Origin: Chthoniobacterales bacterium | GTDB lineage: Bacteria > Verrucomicrobiota > Verrucomicrobiia > Chthoniobacterales > Chthoniobacteraceae | Direction: 5' to 3' | NCBI GenBank assembly: GCA_038207335.1 | Contig: JBBQZX010000011.1 | Coordinates: 64,001-128,000 of the forward strand | Length of the DNA stretch: 64,000 bases | In this document: positions 57,811 through 64,000 of the stretch, in pieces | Numbering within the stretch: the stretch's first letter is position 1 | How the letters are laid out: each line of letters opens with the position of its first letter | Made by a program: the position numbers and the translations under genes | The notes under the pieces: generated by a model | The model's database searches: none | Seen by the model: only the letters and a program-made list of their open reading frames with translations | Told to the model about the DNA's origin: nothing

Positions 57811-60800
57811 ATGAATCAAATCATGAAATCGCCGATGTCTTTCTCGAACCGGAGCCGCTGCATTTTCCTGATCCTGCTTTCCGCCGCCTTGCTCATCGCC
57901 ACGGGTTGCTCGAAGCAATCGAAGGTCGATCGCTATCTGAAAAGTGCCAATGGATACTTCGAGGCAAAAGATTTTCAGAAGGGGGAGATCGAATACCTCA
58001 ACGCTCTGAAACTGGATCGCGCCAATCTCGAGGCCGTCAAACATCTTGCGACGATTTATTTCGACGCGGGCAAGATCGAGCAGGCTCTTCCCTATCTTCT
58101 CGGTGTTCGCGAACTGGACAAGAACGACCTCGGAGTGCGCCTCAAGCTGGCACAGATTTTCCTCTCGGCCGGGCGGCTGCCGGATGCGCGCAAGGAGGCA
58201 ATTGAGATCCTCGATCGAGACCCCAAGAATGACGAAGCCATCACCCTTTTGGCCGACAGTTCCGTCACGCCGGCCGATCATTCCGACACGCTGCAACGCC
58301 TGACGAAGCTCGAGGCCCAGGCCGCCGACCGTGCGGCCTGGCATCTGGCCATGGCGGGCATCTCGCTCCGCAAGAACGATTTGCCGGCCGCAGAGGCATC
58401 CTTGGGGAAAGCCCTCTCCCTGGAGCCGCAGTCCAGCCAGGTCCATGTTGCATGGGCCTTGGTGTATTGGATGAAAAAGGATCTCGAGAAGGCCGACCAA
58501 TTTTTCCAAAAAGCTGCGCAGCTGGCGCCGCTCAATGCCGCGGTTTGCCTGCGCCGCGCGGAGTTCAAGATCAACACGGGGTCCCCGAAAGAAGGCCGGG
58601 AAATCCTCGAGCAATTCACCGTGAAAGTCCCGGATTCGACTCCGGTCTGGCTTTACCTTGCTCGGCTGGAGTTCGACGGTCAGAAATTCCCAGAATGCAC
58701 CAAAATTGTCGACCGCATCCTCGCCAAGGACCCGGGGAACTATCAGGCCCGGGTTCTCCACTCCAGCCTGACGCGGGTGCAAGGCAAGCCGGAGGATGCA
58801 CTTAAGGAGGCGGAGGAACTGAAGCGCGTTTATGAAGGCTCCGCGGAAGTGACATTTGATTTGGCGCTGGCCTACCTAAAAAATCGAGACCCTGCCAAAG
58901 CTGCGTCAAGTGTGCAGGAGAGCCTTAAGTTGAACCCGAATTTAACCCAGGCGGCTCTGCTCCAGGCTGAGCTTCTTGTCCAGAAGGGGGATTCGGCCAC
59001 GGCCCTTCCTCTCCTCCAATCTCTCGTGTTAAAGCATCCGGAAATCACCCGCGCCCAGTTGCTCCTCGGCGGCGCCTACACGTCCCAGGGAAGACTGGAT
59101 GAAGCCCTGAAGCTTTACACAGCCATGGAAGAGAAGTTCCCCAAGGTTCCGGACGTACCCTTCCTCATCGGGATGACTCTCCGCCAGCAACCGGGTGGCA
59201 AAGGGAATGCCGAAGCGCGGAAAGCCTTCGACCGGGCTGCCGTTCTGTCCCCCAACGACCTCCTTGTCACCTACCAGTTGGTGGACCTGGACCTCATCGA
59301 CAAAGCCTATCCGACCGCGATGGATCGCGTTCACGCTCTCCTTGAGAAGATGCCGAAGTCGGGCGGTGCCAAGATCATTGAGGCGAGGATTTTCATGGCC
59401 CAAAACAACCTCAAGGACGCGGAGGCCGCATTGAAGCAGTCGCTCGAGTGGGAGCCAAGCCGCAGCACCGCCTACGACCTCCTGACCCAGATCTACCTCG
59501 TCAGCAATCGGGTGCCCGAGGCGATGGCCAACATGGAGGAGACGCTGAAGGTACAGCCGAATAACGTCCCGGTGATGATGCAGATGGCGGTCATGCTCGA
59601 GAAGCAGGGCGACACAAAAAAGGCCCTCACCAGCTATGAAGGGCTGCTCAAGATCGCTCCCGATTTTGTTCCTGCGTTGAACAATTTGGCCTTCCTCCTC
59701 TGCGACAAACTGGGCAAGCCCGACGAGGCGCTTCCCCTTGCCAGCAAGGCCCGAGAGTTGGCTCCGCAGGCGCCGTCCATCGCCGATACACTTGGCTGGG
59801 TTTATTTTCGCCAGCATGAATATCCCCGAGCGCTGGCCCTGTTGCAGGAATGCGCGCCCAAACTTCCCGAGGAACCCGAAGTCCAATTCCACCTGGGCAT
59901 GGCCTATTTCATGATGGGTCAGGAGGAGCCCGCCCGCCTGGCGTTTCAGCGCGCGTTGGAGCGCAAACAGGATTTTCCGGGGCGCGACCAAGCCGAGAAG
60001 CGGCTGGCTCTGCTCGACCTCGATCCGAACGCAGCGGACCCGGCGGCGATCGCCAGCCTGCAGGAGTGGATCCACCAGCGACCGGACGACCTTCCCGCCT
60101 TCCTTCGGCTCGGACGGACTTACGAGAGCACCGGGGCTCCTGACAAGGCCCGGCAGGCCTACGAGGACGCCAGAAAAATCAACCCCAGCAGCGTCCCGGT
60201 TCTCTTTGCTCTGGCCCGTCTTTACTCCTCCAGCCTCAAGAACCCACAGCAGGCCTTCGCGCTCGCCACGGAAGCCAGAAAACTGGCCCCTGCGGACGCC
60301 GACGTCGCACATATTCTGGGGACTCTTGCATATCAGAGTGGCGACAACGCCAGAGCCGCCGACCTGTTACAGGAGGCTGCTCGAAAACAGTCCGCCAACC
60401 CGGACGTCCTGTTCGAGCTGGCGCGTGCCGTTTACGCTGTTGGCCGTGTGGACGACGCCGAGGAGAACATGCGCCGCGCCGTGCAGACTGGCGGTCTGAA
60501 AGGCGGACCCGCTCAGGAAGCGCAGTCCTTTCTCGCCATGCTTGATCTCGCCAAAACCCCCGGGAAACGATTGGCTGCGGAAGCTGAAGTGCAAAAGGAG
60601 CTTGCCGCCCGGCCGGACTTCCTGCCCGCCCTCATGGTCGCTGCGCTCATCCACGAGCAGCTTGGCCACGCTCCGGAAGCAAAGGAGGCTTTCGAGAAAA
60701 TCCTAGCAACAAATCCCCAGTTTGCTCCCGCCCGAAAACAACTCGCCGCAATTTACACCGATCAAGGCGATCAGCAGAAAGCCCAGGAGCAAGCGTCGAA

Positions 60801-61077
60801 AGCCCGCGAGACGCTTCCCGACGACCCCGAGCTGACCAAAATTCTGGGAAAGATCGCTTATCGGCGCGGGGACTTTCCCGGGGCAATCCTCTTTCTCCGC
60901 GAAAGCAGCCTGAAACGCCCCGACGATGGCGAGCTCTTTTACTTCCTTGGCATGGCCCAAAGCCAGGGGAAGGCAAACGAGGAAAGCAAGGTCGCCTTGC
61001 AACGGGCCCTGACTCTGAGCCCCACCGCGCCTTTCGCCCCGGAGGCAAAGAAAGTCCTCGCCGAACTCGAGAAGTGA
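57811..61077 (+). CDS. prsT: PrsT-like TPR lipoprotein
   Basis: Lipobox LIATGC; EIEYLNALK; many TPRs; ALNNLAFL...IADTLGWVYF; near prsK/prsR. Confidence 0.85.
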   Translation: MNQIMKSPMSFSNRSRCIFLILLSAALLIATGCSKQSKVDRYLKSANGYFEAKDFQKGEIEYLNALKLDRANLEAVKHLATIYFDAGKIEQALPYLLGVRELDKNDLGVRLKLAQIFLSAGRLPDARKEAIEILDRDPKNDEAITLLADSSVTPADHSDTLQRLTKLEAQAADRAAWHLAMAGISLRKNDLPAAEASLGKALSLEPQSSQVHVAWALVYWMKKDLEKADQFFQKAAQLAPLNAAVCLRRAEFKINTGSPKEGREILEQFTVKVPDSTPVWLYLARLEFDGQKFPECTKIVDRILAKDPGNYQARVLHSSLTRVQGKPEDALKEAEELKRVYEGSAEVTFDLALAYLKNRDPAKAASSVQESLKLNPNLTQAALLQAELLVQKGDSATALPLLQSLVLKHPEITRAQLLLGGAYTSQGRLDEALKLYTAMEEKFPKVPDVPFLIGMTLRQQPGGKGNAEARKAFDRAAVLSPNDLLVTYQLVDLDLIDKAYPTAMDRVHALLEKMPKSGGAKIIEARIFMAQNNLKDAEAALKQSLEWEPSRSTAYDLLTQIYLVSNRVPEAMANMEETLKVQPNNVPVMMQMAVMLEKQGDTKKALTSYEGLLKIAPDFVPALNNLAFLLCDKLGKPDEALPLASKARELAPQAPSIADTLGWVYFRQHEYPRALALLQECAPKLPEEPEVQFHLGMAYFMMGQEEPARLAFQRALERKQDFPGRDQAEKRLALLDLDPNAADPAAIASLQEWIHQRPDDLPAFLRLGRTYESTGAPDKARQAYEDARKINPSSVPVLFALARLYSSSLKNPQQAFALATEARKLAPADADVAHILGTLAYQSGDNARAADLLQEAARKQSANPDVLFELARAVYAVGRVDDAEENMRRAVQTGGLKGGPAQEAQSFLAMLDLAKTPGKRLAAEAEVQKELAARPDFLPALMVAALIHEQLGHAPEAKEAFEKILATNPQFAPARKQLAAIYTDQGDQQKAQEQASKARETLPDDPELTKILGKIAYRRGDFPGAILFLRESSLKRPDDGELFYFLGMAQSQGKANEESKVALQRALTLSPTAPFAPEAKKVLAELEK

Positions 61078-61079
61078 TC

Positions 61080-61224
61080 GCCCTTGCGCGAATGGTAAAG
61101 TGGAGACGGCCCTTTTACGGCGCACATCCTCCACCGGCTCCGCATCCTGAACGATGAAGGCGAGGCAACTCAAGCTCCAGCCGTGGCCGCGCAGATATTC
61201 AGCGATCACTTCCCAGCTCTTCAC
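61080..61224 (-). pseudogene. Probable degraded small hypothetical gene
   Basis: GTG at 61224 gives VKSWEVIAEYLRGHGWSLSC, recalling a small WEIIAxxLxxxGWS protein family. It has no own stop before running antisense into prsT. Confidence 0.35.
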
Positions 61225-61563
61225 TGGCGTATAGCCGCCGCCCGCGGGCGGTTGGTGTCGCGCAACGGCCTGGTCGGTGGCCTTGAGGCGCCGCCACCGA
61301 CGCGGTTCGGCTGTTGCATCCAAGTCCCGCTACAAGCCGATCTGATCGGCGGCAACTCTTCCGCTTTAAGCCAGTCGGCGAGAGGGTCGCCGAGATCCGT
61401 CAGCGACGGGCGGAAAGATCGTTGATTTCGCGCACCAACGACGATCCATTGTTGTGCAAATCGATGTATGAACGTCGAATGGAGCAGGCGGCTCGGGCGA
61501 TCGTCCGGCGCCCATCTTTGCCACAACTCAACGACTCCCTGGGGCGGCTCAACGCGCGAACTG

Positions 61564-61580
61564 CGTCGGATGATTTTACA
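61564..61580 (+). promoter_or_regulatory. Candidate PrsR upstream activator site
   Basis: CGTCGGATGATTTTACA aligns without gaps to 56648-56664 (GTCGG-N4-TTTTACA). Confidence 0.65.
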
Positions 61581-61689
61581 GTTTTAGGCTTTTCAAATAC
61601 GCCAGCAACCTCCACGAGTTTTTTTTATTTTCTACAAACACCTCATGAATAGTGTGTTCTGCTTATTTTTCAAGAGCTCGTCCAGTGAG

Positions 61690-61704
61690 TGGCACGGATA
61701 CCGC
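61690..61704 (+). promoter_or_regulatory. Sigma-54 (-24/-12) promoter
   Basis: TGGCACGGATACCGC, GG-N10-GC spacing, starting 96 bp before the ATG. Confidence 0.72.
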
Positions 61705-61785
61705 TTTCAATCAATTCGTCAATGAAGCCGCAGCCTTGGCAGAGCGGATTCTAAATCAAACACCAAACGATCAAATTAAACGAAT

Positions 61786-62577
61786 ATGAAAATGAACAAG
61801 ACACTCTTGGGCGGGCTGGCGACCGTCGCTCTGATGGCCGTCTCGGCTTCAAGTGCGTTCGCAGTCAGCACAGTAGCTCTCTCGCCGGGCAACTATCAGT
61901 CAGGGATCGGTGGCGAGTTCACGGCGACCGTCAGCGACGGGAGCCTTAGTGCTTACACCACAAGCTACAGCTCTCTGGTGACCGGTATTGCTTCGGCCTC
62001 AAACACCAATACGTTCCAAACGTTCTGCATCGAATACAACGAGCACTTCAGCTATGGAAGTGCTTATGATTACCAAATCAGTTCTGCAGCCATCATGGGG
62101 GGGACGAGCACCCAAGATCCGGTCTCCGTCGGAACCGGCTGGCTCTACAGCCAGTTTGCAAAGGGTACATTGGCAGGGTATAACTACAGCGGCACTCAAG
62201 CCGTACGGCAACTCTCCGCGGCCGCACTTCAAAATGCCATTTGGTGGCTCGAGGGTGAAATATCCACGGATCAATCAAGCAACTCCTTCATCACGACTGC
62301 GCAGGCCGCCCTCGGCATCGCTTCCACCGTTCCAAATCCGAGCCCCGGACAGGGGGGGACTGGCCTTGCATTAAATTCGTATAACGGAAATACGGCGGCT
62401 ACCTACGGAGTTTATGCGTTGAACCTCGGGCCTTTCTCCGGCCAGACTCGCTCAACTCAGGATCAATTGATCTACAAGACTACTGCCAATACCGATGTTC
62501 CCGATGGTGGTGCGACAATTCTGATGCTTGGCATGGCCATTGCAGGCGTGGGTGCTGCCCGCCGTTACCTTCACTAG
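61786..62577 (+). CDS. VPDSG/PEP-CTERM sorting-domain protein
   Basis: Signal peptide; GGEF, FQTFCIEYNE, LQNAIWWLEGE, QDQL motifs; C-terminal VPDGGATILMLGMAIAGVGAARR. Confidence 0.93.
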   Translation: MKMNKTLLGGLATVALMAVSASSAFAVSTVALSPGNYQSGIGGEFTATVSDGSLSAYTTSYSSLVTGIASASNTNTFQTFCIEYNEHFSYGSAYDYQISSAAIMGGTSTQDPVSVGTGWLYSQFAKGTLAGYNYSGTQAVRQLSAAALQNAIWWLEGEISTDQSSNSFITTAQAALGIASTVPNPSPGQGGTGLALNSYNGNTAATYGVYALNLGPFSGQTRSTQDQLIYKTTANTDVPDGGATILMLGMAIAGVGAARRYLH

Positions 62578-62608
62578 CGCTTCGCAGGACCACCATTACT
62601 TAGCAAGG

Positions 62609-62639
62609 AAGGGCGGGGCATTTGCCCCGCCCTTTTTTT
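62609..62639 (+). terminator. Rho-independent terminator
   Basis: GGGCGGGGC-ATTT-GCCCCGCCC followed by T7. Confidence 0.9.
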
Positions 62640-62733
62640 GCGTTGAATCTTCCCTCCTCTCAGAACATAAAGCGCCTCCCGAAAACGTTTCCTCCTCAAA
62701 AGAGGCGCGCTTCGAAGCGAATTCCCGCCACAA

Positions 62734-64000
62734 ATGAACATCTTAACCCGTCGAGTCATGTTGGGTCTAATGGTCGCGGCAGGCGGCGCATTGATCTTTT
62801 TCGGGCTTTCGAAAGAGAGGGAAGATCGGCTGGGACGAGGAGTGAGGCGGCTCGCGGAAGAAGGTCCGCACGGAGAGACGGTCGTACAGGCGGCCTCAGA
62901 GTCTGTTCCGCCGCCGGAAAAAATTTCCCGCTCTGCCCCTTCGGAGAAAGGGGGTTTGAAAGGACCGGTTCAATTGGAAGCAAAAGAGGATTTCGGGACC
63001 TTTCGCGAATTTTCCGATTGGGTTAAATCCTACGGTGCCGCGGAGGAACCGACGGCGCGGGAAGCATTGCTGGCCCGCGGCGAAGCGCTCGCCAAAAGTC
63101 GGCGCCGAGTTCTGAAGGAACTAATCAAAGTGGACCCCAAACAGGCACTGGCGCTTGCCTTGCCCGAGCCGATGCGACGCCCGTTGCCGGGAATAATCCA
63201 GCGCCAATTGGAGAAGCAGATCAACGACCGAGGCAACTATCGGGTGGCGATCACCTGTAGCTTCGACGAGAAGAAACACGAGGACGAAGTGTCGCGGCAG
63301 GTGACGATCGGCGATCGGAGATATGAGGCTTTTGTCTATGGCCGGCGGCTTCATCAAGTTTCAAAGGAAAATGTTCCCCTGCAGGGCATCGCCATCGATA
63401 ACTCGTTCGCTGTTCAGGAAGATGAGCGTCCGCCTGGACCGTCGGCGGGCGATGTCGGTGGGGGAACCGGAGACCAGCAGCAGTTGCCTGTGGCGGACAA
63501 CAGCTACACGCAGGGCACCAAGCGGCTGCTGTTTATTCGCGTCGCGTTTCCGGATGATCCTTCGGAGCCCATCACCGAAGCAGGCGCGATCCATCTGATG
63601 AATCAGGTGAATCAAGTCTATGTGGGCTATTCCTACAACACGACGTCAATCATCAGCGATGTGACACCCTTGCTAATGCTACCGCAGGCGAAGACCTACT
63701 ACAGCGGGCAATCTGTCCTGACACTGCAGGCGGATGCCAGAGCCGCGGCCCTCGGCGTCGGCTTCGACACCGCCAACTACGACTTTGACATCGTGCGAAA
63801 TAACCCGATCCCGGGATCCACATTCGCCTTTGCCGGGCAAGCCTCGATTGGCGGCAAGGGGTTGGTGTTGCAAAACTCGCTGCTCTATGTGGTCGTTCAT
63901 GAGCTCGGCCACAATTACGGGTTGTGGCATGCGAACTTTTGGAACGCCAGTGGGGACAGCATCATCGGTCCGGGCAGCACGGCCGAGTACGGAAATACTT
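62734..64000 (+). CDS. Secreted metzincin-type zinc metalloprotease (M11/M6-like), 5' part
   Basis: Not in the ORF track (no stop in the window). Open from ATG 62734 with an N-terminal hydrophobic segment; GTKRLLFIRVAFPD; HELGHNYGLWH zinc motif at 63898; EYGN. Confidence 0.88.
   Translation, partial: MNILTRRVMLGLMVAAGGALIFFGLSKEREDRLGRGVRRLAEEGPHGETVVQAASESVPPPEKISRSAPSEKGGLKGPVQLEAKEDFGTFREFSDWVKSYGAAEEPTAREALLARGEALAKSRRRVLKELIKVDPKQALALALPEPMRRPLPGIIQRQLEKQINDRGNYRVAITCSFDEKKHEDEVSRQVTIGDRRYEAFVYGRRLHQVSKENVPLQGIAIDNSFAVQEDERPPGPSAGDVGGGTGDQQQLPVADNSYTQGTKRLLFIRVAFPDDPSEPITEAGAIHLMNQVNQVYVGYSYNTTSIISDVTPLLMLPQAKTYYSGQSVLTLQADARAAALGVGFDTANYDFDIVRNNPIPGSTFAFAGQASIGGKGLVLQNSLLYVVVHELGHNYGLWHANFWNASGDSIIGPGSTAEYGNT

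Noticed and set aside
1..64000. CRISPR arrays, tRNA, rRNA, prophage or integrase genes
   Set aside because: No spaced direct repeats, cloverleaf or rRNA-like sequence, or phage/integrase motifs seen by eye. A covariance-model scan was not possible.

Overview
High-GC bacterial DNA, most likely Verrucomicrobia (inferred from VPDGG-type sorting tails and typical secreted-protein tails). There are four blocks. (1) 1-2324, minus strand: a DUF433/DUF5615 toxin-antitoxin pair, an ASCH gene, and a 5'-truncated, frameshifted GNAT/EVE-like gene whose frameshift fuses it to the ASCH ORF. (2) 2379-11751: an 8-gene MoxR/DUF58/double-VWA (Bat-like) operon containing a 1189-aa secreted protein of unknown function, followed by a decayed IS3 remnant. 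(3) 12670-50368: a ~38 kb surface-polysaccharide locus with a priming transferase, a diacetamido-sugar trio, a Wzc-like protein with degenerate kinase, an AlgD-like dehydrogenase, Wzm/Wzt, methyl/acyl transferases, many glycosyltransferases, an O-antigen-ligase/Wzy-like protein, AsnB, an exosortase and a short OPX protein. (4) 50543-64000: two FN3 proteins, PrsK/PrsR/PrsT, two VPDGG-CTERM proteins each preceded by a sigma-54 promoter and a shared 17-bp upstream motif, and the start of a secreted zinc metalloprotease. No rRNA, tRNA or CRISPR array was seen. Family assignments come from motif recognition only; no searches were run.
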